From positions 1-46,096 of the forward strand of contig CAZKPK010000004.1 of the NCBI GenBank assembly GCA_964554645.1: a stretch of 46,096 nucleotides of DNA. Reading direction: 5' to 3'. A model generated the notes under the pieces. The model saw only the letters and a list, made by a program, of their open reading frames with translations. It was not told the DNA's origin and made no database searches. Positions 15,599 to 23,977 of the stretch are shown here, one piece after another; the stretch's first letter is position 1; every line of letters begins with the position of its first letter. The stretch comes from an uncultured Candidatus Saccharibacteria bacterium. Its GTDB lineage: Bacteria > Patescibacteriota > Minisyncoccia > Phycocordibacterales > UBA9973. A program made the position numbers and the translations under genes.

Positions 15599-15636
15599 TT
15601 TAGCATTAGTGAGCGACCGCTGCTTAATGCTAAATT
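15597..15636 (+). terminator. 40-nt palindromic repeat/terminator, copy 1 (contains the stop codon)
   Basis: aatttagcattag-tgagcgaccgctg-cttaatgctaaatt. 39/40 identical to 19614-19653. A second hairpin atctacgc-ttat-agcgtagat follows at 15641-15661. Confidence 0.7.
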
Positions 15637-15679
15637 CTCAATCTACGCTTATAGCGTAGATGTAATTTTCTAAATAAGA

Positions 15680-16462
15680 TTATTTAGTTGATTCTTTATC
15701 CAACCTTTTCGCTTCCGCCCAAGCCAGTTCATAAATTTTTTTCATACTATCGGCTATCTCCTTGCTTTCTATAATAATTCCCAATTTTTCTTTCCAAGAA
15801 GCAATCATCACTTTGTTGTCGTAAATATTTATTTCCGGAGAAAAATAAAAAGAGCTTTTCGGCACTAGCGCCGTTTCGCGCATTTCTTCGCTGTCCAAAG
15901 CCTGGCGTTCCCTTCCCGCTTCCGTATCCGGAATGATCGCGCGTATGGCAATGCCTTTTCCCGCCCTTCTTTTATAATAGTCTGGAAAATATCCCGGCAA
16001 ACCCGCATGCATATCCCCGACGCTGGCATAAGCCCGAATCGGCTCGGTCGAAGTCAAAGTATCTTCGTAAACTTTCTCCAGTCCTTCCCTGCCTTCATAA
16101 AATCTAATGCGAGGACGGTTTTGTTTCGCATGAAGAAGCTCGAGTTCTGGAATAATGATTTCTGATTTTTTTATATGTTCCGCCGTGTCTTCTGCCACTT
16201 TTTTTAAATAGGTCGTAATTGCTTCTGGTGGTTCAACCGCATATTCTGATTTGGGTTCTTTACCGGAAATGGTGACCAATCCTTTATTTGATAGAGATCC
16301 TAAAATATCATAGCAGGTTGTTCTGTTTATCCCAGCTTTACTACTGATTTGCCTAACCGTTCCCTTTCCTAATTCTAAAAGAGCGACATACACAATCGTT
16401 TCTTTTTCGCTAAAGCCAAAAGATTGGAAATTTAATTTAAGTTGTTCATTGGCATCTTTCAT
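15680..16462 (-). CDS. TrmB-family transcriptional regulator
   Basis: N-terminal winged HTH (FGFSEKETIVYVALLELGKGTVRQISSKAGINRTTCYDILGSLSNKGLV) plus a TrmB-like C-terminal domain. Confidence 0.75.
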   Translation of the reverse strand: MKDANEQLKLNFQSFGFSEKETIVYVALLELGKGTVRQISSKAGINRTTCYDILGSLSNKGLVTISGKEPKSEYAVEPPEAITTYLKKVAEDTAEHIKKSEIIIPELELLHAKQNRPRIRFYEGREGLEKVYEDTLTSTEPIRAYASVGDMHAGLPGYFPDYYKRRAGKGIAIRAIIPDTEAGRERQALDSEEMRETALVPKSSFYFSPEINIYDNKVMIASWKEKLGIIIESKEIADSMKKIYELAWAEAKRLDKESTK

Positions 16463-16613
16463 ACACCCATTCTAATCCAAAATATATTCTGTGTCAATCT
16501 TTTTCCACAAAAATATGTTGATAACTATAATCATATTGGTATATATAACTTATTTAGTTATTTTATTGACGAGATATATTGACAATGTAACCTAATCTGT
16601 ATATTGTTACAGC

Positions 16614-16892
16614 ATGATTAAACAGATAGAAAGTGGAATATCGGGAAAAGGTTTGGGATTTCACTATCTTCAGTGGATCAAAAATCTAGGCATTCAATTC
16701 CAAGTAAAAGGCATCGTCTTTACAAGACCTGATGGTAGTATTAAGGTTGTAGCAAAGGGGGAAGAAAGAGATCTGACAGAATTTGCAAATAAGCTTGAAA
16801 GAGAAGGCAATTCTCGTGAAATAGAAAATTTTTATGTAAAGTGGGGTGAGCAAAATAAAGAATTAGAAAGTTTTTATGTAGTAACTAATTAA
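16614..16892 (+). CDS. Acylphosphatase-like domain protein
   Basis: 92 aa. GKGLGFHYLQWIKNLGIQFQVKGIVFTRPDGSIKVVAKGEE resembles the acylphosphatase pattern V-x-G-x-V-Q-G-V-G-F-R ... G-x-V-x-N-x-x-D-G-x-V. Confidence 0.55.
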   Translation: MIKQIESGISGKGLGFHYLQWIKNLGIQFQVKGIVFTRPDGSIKVVAKGEERDLTEFANKLEREGNSREIENFYVKWGEQNKELESFYVVTN

Positions 16893-16902
16893 AAATATAA
16901 AT

Positions 16903-17925
16903 GTGTTAACAAAAGAAGAAAAAGAAATATTAGCTAAAATTGTGGTTGCTTCAGAAAATGACCCTCGTCGTCCAGAATTTCCGGCGGACAATCCTAAATT
17001 TCCAGCAACGCCAACATATAAAATATATATTCCGGGTTTTTCTGATGTTTGGCTTAAAGATGAATCCCACAATCCTACTGGTACCCATAAAGACAGAATG
17101 GCTTGGGAAATTGTTGTAACTTATCGAGATTTTCTCTTGTCAAAAAAACGAGGACAATTAGTCGGAAATTTACCGCAAGCATCTATAATTTCATCCGGTT
17201 CTGCCGCTATAGCAATCCAGACACAGTTAAAAAAATACCATTTGCCAAATTTAAAAGTTCTGATAGACAACACGACGAGCGAAAAGATAAAAAAGAGCCT
17301 CAAATCTATAGGTTGTGAAATTTTTTCAACAGATTTATCAAAAAAAGCCTTAAATACGAAGGAAATTTTAAAATTAACAAATAACGAAAATGGTTTTGAT
17401 ATTACTTCCTCGGAATCTTTGGCTCCGACAACACGTTTTTATGACTGGCTTTCTTACGAGATCATAAACAGTTCTCCGGAATATTGTTTTATCCCCTTCG
17501 GAAGCGGACATTTGTATGAAAATATTTTAAATATCAATAAAAGAGAGGTTTCAACAAAATTTCATGACCCTAGATTTTCCGGCAATGTAGAAATATTGCG
17601 CAATTGTAATTTTATCGGCGCGACCACGAACAACAAACACAGCAAGGCGGCGGAGAAATTGTATTCTCCGCATCTGCCTTTCGTGCATTACGACGAACAA
17701 TGGATAAAATTATACAAGCACACCGGTTTTTGCGGAAAAGAATCGACTGTCTACAATCTGGAAGAAAAATTTTTGGACGAGGCCTTAAAAATCGCCAAGG
17801 AGGAGAAAATAGAATGCGAACCTTCCGGAATAACCGGTCTGGCTATGCTCTTGCAAATGAAAAACAAAATTCCAAAAGACGCAAAAATTTTAATTATTAA
17901 CACGGGAAAAACGAAAGTAGTATAA
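16903..17925 (+). CDS. PLP-dependent enzyme, tryptophan-synthase-beta superfamily (threonine/cysteine-synthase-like)
   Basis: LKDESHNPTGTHKDRMA matches NPTGSFKDR, which contains the PLP lysine. ISSGSAAIAIQ. GTG start. Confidence 0.7.
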   Translation: MLTKEEKEILAKIVVASENDPRRPEFPADNPKFPATPTYKIYIPGFSDVWLKDESHNPTGTHKDRMAWEIVVTYRDFLLSKKRGQLVGNLPQASIISSGSAAIAIQTQLKKYHLPNLKVLIDNTTSEKIKKSLKSIGCEIFSTDLSKKALNTKEILKLTNNENGFDITSSESLAPTTRFYDWLSYEIINSSPEYCFIPFGSGHLYENILNINKREVSTKFHDPRFSGNVEILRNCNFIGATTNNKHSKAAEKLYSPHLPFVHYDEQWIKLYKHTGFCGKESTVYNLEEKFLDEALKIAKEEKIECEPSGITGLAMLLQMKNKIPKDAKILIINTGKTKVV

Positions 17926-17935
17926 TGAAATTTAT

Positions 17936-19615
17936 ATGCAAAAAGTTTGCCAAACATGTAAAAAAGATTTTGAGATAGAGCAAGAAGACTTAAACTTTTA
18001 TGAAAAGATGAAAGCTTTGGCTCCCAATTATTGTCCGAATTGCAGAATAGCCCGAAGACTTTGCTTTCGCAATGAAAGAACTTTATATAAAAGAACTTGC
18101 AGTAAAAGCGGCAAACCGATAATTTCCATATATCCGGAAAATACCCCCTTCCCTGTTTATGAACAACATATCTGGTGGGGCGACGAATGGGAAGCAAAAG
18201 ACTACGGGCAAGATTACGACCCAAGCCGACCGTTTTTTGAACAATGGCTGGAACTACGCAATAAAATCCCGCGCATCTCAATGCTTAATATAAATTCGAT
18301 AAATAGCGACTATTGCAATAATGTAGAGGACCACAAAAATTGTTATTTGATATTTGCCGCGCAGAAAAATGAAGACTCCATGTATGGCAGGCTGGTGTAC
18401 AGGAGTAGATTCGCCCTTGATTCCGATTTTATTCAAGATTCCGAACTTTGTTATGAATGCATTGACTGCAGGAAATGTTCCAATTGCCTCTTTTCCGACA
18501 ATTGCGAAACAAGTATTGACTTGATTTTTTGTTTTAATTTGCGTAATTGCCAAAACTGTATATTTTCAACAAACCTAAGAAATAAAAATTACCATATTTT
18601 TAATCAGGTTGTTTCTAAAGAAGAATACAAAAAAATAAAAAAGGAAATTTTTGCTTCACAAGAAAAATTAGAAGAAGCTAAACAAAAGTATGAAAAATTA
18701 AAAGAAAAAGTTCTTGTAAAATACGCACACCAAGTAAAATGCCACAATGCCACCGGAGACTATCTGTACAACAGCCATGATACAGCGTATGGTTTTGACG
18801 CGGAAAATACAAAAAATTGCAAATATATTGCAGACGCAGAAGGAACTATTGATTGTTGGGATATGAATAATACTTACTATAAACCGGAACTTTGTCTAGA
18901 TAGTATGGGCACGCTTCAAACATATAATATAAAACATTCAGTGTATATGATGTACACAAGCAATTCGGAATATTCAGATAGCCTGCATAATTGTGAGAGC
19001 TGTTTCGGCTGTATTGGATTAAAAAAGAAAAAGTACTGCATCTTAAATAAGCAATATGAAAAAGAAGAATACGAAAAACTAAAGGAAAAAATTATTGAGA
19101 GTATGAAAAAAGAAGGTGTATATGGAGATTTTTTACCACCTTCACTTTCTCCTTTTGGCTATAACGAGACATTAGCCCAAGAATATTTTCCACTGACCGA
19201 ACAGGAGGCGAAGGAAAAAGGATTCAACTGGCAGAAACAAACCACCGGCACTTATGGCAAAGAAACAATCAAAGAAAAAGATATGCCTCAAACCATACAG
19301 GAAGTAACAGAAGATATTTTGAAAGAAATACTGGTATGTAGTGATTGCAAAAAGAATTTCCGCATCACGAAATCTGAACTGGATTTTTATAAAAGAATGA
19401 GTCTTCCTCTGCCCCACAAAGATTTTGAATGCCGGCATCAAGACCGCATGAAAAAACGCAATCCGCGCAAACTCTGGCATCGTTCTTGTATGTGTGAATT
19501 AGAAAATCATCTTCACAGCATAGAAAAATGTCCCAATGAATTTGAAACCTCATACTCCCCCAATAGACCAGAAATCGTGTATTGTGAATCCTGCTATCAA
19601 GCCGAAGTTTCTTAA
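17936..19615 (+). CDS. Large Cys-rich zinc-ribbon protein (unknown function)
   Basis: 559 aa. CxxC zinc-ribbon modules with a D-L-x-F-Y-x-K/R-M motif occur at both ends (CQTCKKDFEIEQEDLNFYEKM..CPNCR and CSDCKKNFRITKSELDFYKRM..). The central region has CxxC/CxNC repeats (CYECIDCRKCSNCLFSDNCE..FCFNLRNCQNCIF). Confidence 0.5.
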   Translation: MQKVCQTCKKDFEIEQEDLNFYEKMKALAPNYCPNCRIARRLCFRNERTLYKRTCSKSGKPIISIYPENTPFPVYEQHIWWGDEWEAKDYGQDYDPSRPFFEQWLELRNKIPRISMLNINSINSDYCNNVEDHKNCYLIFAAQKNEDSMYGRLVYRSRFALDSDFIQDSELCYECIDCRKCSNCLFSDNCETSIDLIFCFNLRNCQNCIFSTNLRNKNYHIFNQVVSKEEYKKIKKEIFASQEKLEEAKQKYEKLKEKVLVKYAHQVKCHNATGDYLYNSHDTAYGFDAENTKNCKYIADAEGTIDCWDMNNTYYKPELCLDSMGTLQTYNIKHSVYMMYTSNSEYSDSLHNCESCFGCIGLKKKKYCILNKQYEKEEYEKLKEKIIESMKKEGVYGDFLPPSLSPFGYNETLAQEYFPLTEQEAKEKGFNWQKQTTGTYGKETIKEKDMPQTIQEVTEDILKEILVCSDCKKNFRITKSELDFYKRMSLPLPHKDFECRHQDRMKKRNPRKLWHRSCMCELENHLHSIEKCPNEFETSYSPNRPEIVYCESCYQAEVS

Positions 19616-19653
19616 TTTAGCATTAGTGCGCGACCGCTGCTTAATGCTAAATT
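19614..19653 (+). terminator. 40-nt palindromic repeat/terminator, copy 2 (contains the stop codon)
   Basis: aatttagcattag-tgcgcgaccgctg-cttaatgctaaatt, between convergent genes. Confidence 0.7.
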
Positions 19654-19679
19654 TGACGAAAAAGCCTTTTTCTATAAGC

Positions 19680-21353
19680 TTATTTTCTTACACCATGTTT
19701 TTCGTGAAGTTTCGCAACTTCTTCTTCTTCCAATTCCTCTTTTTTTTCTTTTCCGCGATCACCCAGCGCTTTGAGTTCTTTGTCGCCGAGCATATTTAGA
19801 GATTTAACCAATTCTGAAAGATGTTCCACGGTATTTTTCTCCGGAGCATCCAGCACTTCTTCAAGCAACGCGTGCAAAATCCATCCCATTCTGGGTCCGG
19901 GTTTGATACCAAGTTCTTTGATCATAAATTCTCCGCCAATTTTCAGCTGTCCGACCGATATCGGGTCTCTTAACGCTTCTTCAATCATCGCGAAATATTT
20001 TCGCAGACGATAGGGCGCTTCTTTTTTCTTCATTCCTACCCTATCGCACTCACGGACATTCATTAAAAACCAAATATTTTCTGTACCCACTTTCGCAATG
20101 ATTCTGCGCACGGCAGAGAGAGTTATTAATTCCGTATCCGAGAAAAACATATGGTTACGAACAAGTTTTTCCACTAATTCAATTTCTTTTTTAGAAAATT
20201 TTAATCTCTCCATTATTTTTTTCGCCATCCGCGCTCCAACAACTTCGTGACCGTAAAAAGTAAATTTTTTCTTGACGGAAATAGGAGCCTTCCTTGACAA
20301 AAATTCTAGGAGCCGTGGGTCCCCTGTCCTCTTGTCTCCGAGGGCGAAGGTGGAGGAATTTTTCGTCGGGGAAAGCTCTGCCAATCTCCTTGTCTTCGGC
20401 TTCCCAATATCGTGAAAAAGCGCAGAAAGCCTTACTTCTAAAGGCCAATTTTTTTCTGCGGCATGCTGAAGAGCGTGCAACAAATGCTCCCAAACATCAT
20501 AAATATGTTCACCTAATTGTTCGCATCCTATCCCCTCTTCCAATTCCGGAATTATATTTTTTAGCAATCCAAATTTTTGCAACATAACAATTCCACTGGC
20601 GGGATTTTTGGACATAATTATTTTTACCAATTCATCACGAATTCTTTCTCCCGATATTTTTTTTATTAAATCGGCATTTTTAAAAATACTTTCGGAAGTT
20701 TCATACGACACAGAAAAATCAAGTTGGCAAGCGAAACGCACTGCGCGTAACATTCTAAGAGCATCTTCCTTAAAACGATCATCCGGATCTCCAACTGCTT
20801 TTAATGTCTTGTCCTTTATGTCCTTTAGACCATCAAACATATCTATCAGATGCTTGCCCGACTGAATGTCCTTTAGACTTTCGACAGGTCCTTTTCTTAA
20901 TGCCATAGCATTAACTGTAAAATCGCGTCTTTTTAGATCATCTTCTAATTTATTACTGAATTTTACCTTGTCTGGATGTCTAAAATCGCTATATTTTGCT
21001 TCAATTCTGTAGGGTGTAACCTCTATAATGCTATATTCTAGTGTTGTTTCACGAATAATATCAGAATCAACAGATGTTTCTTGTGAAACATAGTTTTTGG
21101 GTGTTTCACACGGAACATACACTCCAACGGTACCAAAAGTATTTTCATAAACAGTTTTTTCAAAAAGTTTAATAATTTGTTCTGGTTTAGCATTAGTTGT
21201 CACATCCCAATCTTTAGGGATTTTATCCATTAAAAGATCCCGAACACAACCGCCGACTAAATATGCCTCAAAACCAGCCTGTTCAAGTGTATCCGTTACA
21301 TGTGAAACCTCTTTGGGAATCTTTAATATTAAGTTTTTATAGTTTTCTTGCAC
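19680..21353 (-). CDS. cca: CCA-adding enzyme / poly(A) polymerase-family tRNA nucleotidyltransferase with HD domain
   Basis: AYLVGGCVRDLLMDKIPKDWDVTT, RDFTVNAMA, HD motif LFHDIGKP. The tracked GTG start at 21365 overlaps tRNA-Arg by 5 nt, so the next in-frame GTG (21353) is given. The start is uncertain. Confidence 0.9.
   Translation of the reverse strand: MQENYKNLILKIPKEVSHVTDTLEQAGFEAYLVGGCVRDLLMDKIPKDWDVTTNAKPEQIIKLFEKTVYENTFGTVGVYVPCETPKNYVSQETSVDSDIIRETTLEYSIIEVTPYRIEAKYSDFRHPDKVKFSNKLEDDLKRRDFTVNAMALRKGPVESLKDIQSGKHLIDMFDGLKDIKDKTLKAVGDPDDRFKEDALRMLRAVRFACQLDFSVSYETSESIFKNADLIKKISGERIRDELVKIIMSKNPASGIVMLQKFGLLKNIIPELEEGIGCEQLGEHIYDVWEHLLHALQHAAEKNWPLEVRLSALFHDIGKPKTRRLAELSPTKNSSTFALGDKRTGDPRLLEFLSRKAPISVKKKFTFYGHEVVGARMAKKIMERLKFSKKEIELVEKLVRNHMFFSDTELITLSAVRRIIAKVGTENIWFLMNVRECDRVGMKKKEAPYRLRKYFAMIEEALRDPISVGQLKIGGEFMIKELGIKPGPRMGWILHALLEEVLDAPEKNTVEHLSELVKSLNMLGDKELKALGDRGKEKKEELEEEEVAKLHEKHGVRK
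20296..20367. repeat. 72-nt inverted-repeat element inserted in frame in cca
   Basis: Arms gacaaaaattc / gaatttttcgtc (11/12). GC-rich core containing tgggtcccct, whose reverse complement is in the rsmA element at 28705-28795. Encodes TKNSSTFALGDKRTGDPRLLEFLS within a region that is otherwise typical of the family. Confidence 0.5.
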
Positions 21354-21360
21354 AATATTG

Positions 21361-21432
21361 TGCACCCGGGGGGACTCGAACCCTCAACGACAGTTCCGAA
21401 GACTGTTGTGATATCCATTTCACTACGGGTGC
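21361..21432 (-). tRNA. tRNA-Arg (anticodon UCG)
   Basis: GCACCCG acceptor stem paired with CGGGTGC + A. Anticodon arm ACAGT-CTTCGGA-ACTGT. T-loop TTCGAGT. One A-C mismatch in the T stem. No encoded CCA. Confidence 0.85.
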
Positions 21433-21587
21433 AAAATTATTTTAAATAATAATATTAGTATTTTATACTATTTCAAAAATATTCGCAAATAACGCTTATT
21501 TTATAAGCTAATTGTATAATTGCGTTAGTGTCAATAAAATACTATAATAAAAAAGCTTTTGAATTATAAAAAATAAAAAAATTAATC

Positions 21588-21658
21588 GCGGCCATGGTTT
21601 AATGGTAGAACAACTGGTTGCCAATCAGTTGATAGGAGTTCGATTCTCCTTGGCCGCA
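21588..21658 (+). tRNA. tRNA-Gly (anticodon GCC)
   Basis: GCGGCCA/TGGCCGC acceptor stem. Anticodon arm ACTGG-TTGCCAA-TCAGT. T arm AGGAG-TTCGATT-CTCCT. No encoded CCA. Confidence 0.9.
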
Positions 21659-21922
21659 CAAAGTGATGTCCTTTACTAAATTTTAGTAATATCTTGTTAA
21701 ATAAAGCTTTTATTAAAACTGTGGATAACTATGTTAGTAATGTTGATAAAGGACATAATAAAGTATTGTCTCTTAGAATCATTTTCGCTAAAAAAGTATT
21801 GAAAAATAAGCCTACCTGCCGGCGGGCAGGGATATTATTATAAAAGACACTAAAATTTAAAATATGAGTTTCACGTGAAACATGCTTAATAATGATAATG
21901 TTATTCGTGAAACCTAGGTAAA

Positions 21923-22306
21923 ATGCCAAAAGTATTTACTTCAGAAACACAAAAGATAGGAGAAATTGGTGAAAATATAGCTGTAAAGTTTCTCATGAAA
22001 CACAATTTTTCGATATTAGATCGGAATTACACAAAAAAGTGGGGTGAAATAGATATTGTAGCTAAAAAAGATGAAAAAATATATTTTATTGAGGTAAAAA
22101 GTGTTTCACATAGAACAAATGACAACACTAGACCCGAAGATAATATGCATCCTTGGAAATTAAAACGATTATCACGCGTGATCCAAACTTATCTTTTATC
22201 TAAAAAGTTAGACGAGAAAGAATGGCAGGTAGATTTGTTGGTTGTGTTTTTAAATCTAAAGGACAAAAATGCAAAAATAAAAGTGGTAAGTGATATCATT
22301 CTGTGA
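21923..22306 (+). CDS. yraN: YraN-family (UPF0102) endonuclease-like protein
   Basis: GEIGENIAVKFLMKHNFSILDRNYTKKWGEIDIVAKKDEKIYFIEVKS is the typical UPF0102 motif. Confidence 0.85.
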   Translation: MPKVFTSETQKIGEIGENIAVKFLMKHNFSILDRNYTKKWGEIDIVAKKDEKIYFIEVKSVSHRTNDNTRPEDNMHPWKLKRLSRVIQTYLLSKKLDEKEWQVDLLVVFLNLKDKNAKIKVVSDIIL

Positions 22307-22405
22307 TATACTCGCAAAAGTTTTCCGGGCCTAGGCGGGCATTGGCCTCGTCGAAGCTACGCGAAGCTCGCCTTTGCTCTTTAAGAGCTTTGGTGGAGCG
22401 AAGAT

Positions 22406-22455
22406 GGGCTGTAGTATATCAGTTGTACAAGTGCCCTTTATTAAGAGAGCATTTA
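22406..22455 (+). pseudogene. Degenerate partial copy (5' half) of tRNA-Pro
   Basis: gggctgtagtataTCAGTtgtacaagtgc..gcattta parallels gggctgtagtataCCGGTagtacaagtgc..gcattta of the intact gene 91 nt downstream. It lacks the T arm and the 3' acceptor strand. Confidence 0.55.
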
Positions 22456-22496
22456 AATGCTGAAATAAAGGACTTTGTGTGTTTAGTGTTTTAAAT

Positions 22497-22567
22497 CGGG
22501 CTGTAGTATACCGGTAGTACAAGTGCTTTGGGAGCATTTAGACTGGGTTCAATTCCCAGCAGCCCGA
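22497..22567 (+). tRNA. tRNA-Pro (anticodon UGG)
   Basis: CGGGCTG/CAGCCCG acceptor stem. Anticodon arm AGTGC-TTTGGGA-GCATT. T arm CTGGG-TTCAATT-CCCAG. No encoded CCA. Confidence 0.9.
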
Positions 22568-22568
22568 C

Positions 22569-22979
22569 ATGACAACATTGGCCTTACTTTTTACTCTTTC
22601 AGCAATCGGAATAAGCGAAACTGTTTATCTTATTCAAAAAAGAATCTCTTTTGAAAAACCAATCTGTCCGATTGGCGATGACTGCGAAGTTGTATTGAAA
22701 AGCAAGTACAATAAAATTTTCTTCATCCATAACGATATTTTAGGTCTGTTGTCTTATATAATAATTTCGCTTATCGCCGCCTTTTTGGTGATTGAAGTTG
22801 CGCCAATATCCTTTTGGAGTTTTATTATCAAAATCCTTATAGGCGTCGCTTCTGTTATGTCTTTTATTTTTACCTATCTTCAATGGCACGTTATCCGCGC
22901 CTGGTGCTTCTGGTGCTTAATGTCAGCATTTACAATTTGGCTGATGGCAATTATAATATTGGTGAGTACAACAATTTAA
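22569..22979 (+). CDS. Vitamin K epoxide reductase (VKOR) family membrane protein
   Basis: 136 aa, 4 TM segments. Loop cysteines CPIGDDC and the CxxC active-site motif in a TM helix (AWCFWCLMS). Confidence 0.75.
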   Translation: MTTLALLFTLSAIGISETVYLIQKRISFEKPICPIGDDCEVVLKSKYNKIFFIHNDILGLLSYIIISLIAAFLVIEVAPISFWSFIIKILIGVASVMSFIFTYLQWHVIRAWCFWCLMSAFTIWLMAIIILVSTTI

Positions 22980-22982
22980 AAT

Positions 22983-23366
22983 ATGAACAAAACTTCATTT
23001 CACATTTTGAGAGTCGGATTGGCTGTAACTTTTTTATGGATTGGTATTTTAATTTTTAAACAACCGGAAGCTTGGGGAGGGTATTTGGCACCATGGGCTT
23101 TTAATCTGTTGCCTGTGTCTCTTCCGCAAGCTATGATGGGAACGGCGATTTTAGATATTGCAATTGGTGTTTTGCTTTTATTTGATTCTTTGGTGTGGCT
23201 CGCGGCTTTAATCGGGACAATTCATTTGATTATTGTTCTCACGGTCAGCGGCATTACCGATATCACAGTCAGAGACATTGGAATTCTAGCAGCGACTGTA
23301 GCCCTGATGGTGGATTCTTTGCCAGAAAAATTTATTACTAGTTTAAATTTAAAAAAATATGAATAA
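22983..23366 (+). CDS. Small 4-TM membrane protein (DoxX-like)
   Basis: Hydrophobic profile and the N-terminal HILRVGLAVTFLWIGILIF motif. Weak family assignment. Confidence 0.4.
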   Translation: MNKTSFHILRVGLAVTFLWIGILIFKQPEAWGGYLAPWAFNLLPVSLPQAMMGTAILDIAIGVLLLFDSLVWLAALIGTIHLIIVLTVSGITDITVRDIGILAATVALMVDSLPEKFITSLNLKKYE

Positions 23367-23817
23367 AAAAAATAGTATTATTGTTATTGTAGTCCTCATT
23401 GCTCTAGTCGGTTACTTTTGGCTGAAAAATAAAGAAGCGCAAGCGCCGGGAGGGGAGACTTCTCAAACCTTAACATCGCCTTCCGATGATTCTGCTTCAA
23501 CTAGTCAAAACATGGTCACTTATAGCGATATGGGTTATTCACCAAGCACACTTTTAGTGAAAGTTGGCACGACCCTAAATTTCAAAAATAACAGCTCTCT
23601 TTCCATGTGGACAGCTTCCGCTCTCCACCCTAGTCATATTGTTTATAGCGGGACTTCTTTGCAAGAACATTGCCCCGATACTGCGGGAGTGGCTTTCGAC
23701 TCTTGCGCCAGCACTCAGCCCGGAGATTCTTGGAGTTTTACTTTCAACAAAGAGGGAACTTGGAAATATCACAATCACGTAAATCCCAGCCATTTTGGAA
23801 CAATCATTGTTGAGTAA
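23359..23817 (+). CDS. Membrane-anchored cupredoxin-fold domain protein
   Basis: N-terminal TM helix. YSPSTLLVKVGTTLNFKNNSS ... GTWKYHNHVNPSHFGTIIV resembles cupredoxin-like beta-sandwich proteins. No canonical Cys-His-Met copper-ligand set is obvious. Confidence 0.45.
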   Translation: MNKKNSIIVIVVLIALVGYFWLKNKEAQAPGGETSQTLTSPSDDSASTSQNMVTYSDMGYSPSTLLVKVGTTLNFKNNSSLSMWTASALHPSHIVYSGTSLQEHCPDTAGVAFDSCASTQPGDSWSFTFNKEGTWKYHNHVNPSHFGTIIVE

Positions 23818-23977
23818 TTTAAAAAATAAAAACTATTTTCTTTTTTCCACTATCTTTTACATATGTTGGAGATAGTAGAAATTCAAGATGTAAACATTGT
23901 TTTTAATGTTTTTCTGGGGTATAAATTTAACTGTGCAGTTAGAGTTGGCGGGCTTGCCCGCCGTAGCTTTAGCGAAG

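Noticed and set aside
17751-18281. A 176-aa minus-strand ORF spanning the junction of the PLP enzyme and the zinc-ribbon gene
   Set aside because: It is antisense to two plus-strand genes with good coding signals. It is a shadow ORF.
21720-21728. Perfect DnaA boxes tgtggataa at 21720-21728 and 26092-26100, considered as oriC
   Set aside because: They are isolated single boxes 4.4 kb apart with no cluster, no adjacent dnaA or dnaN, and no AT-rich unwinding element pattern. The rpmH end of the window is the more likely origin side.
22303-22537. ORFs 22303-22494 (+) and 22331-22537 (-)
   Set aside because: They overlap the tRNA-Pro gene and its partial duplicate, have no coding features, and have Ala/Arg/Leu-rich translations caused by GC-rich hairpins.
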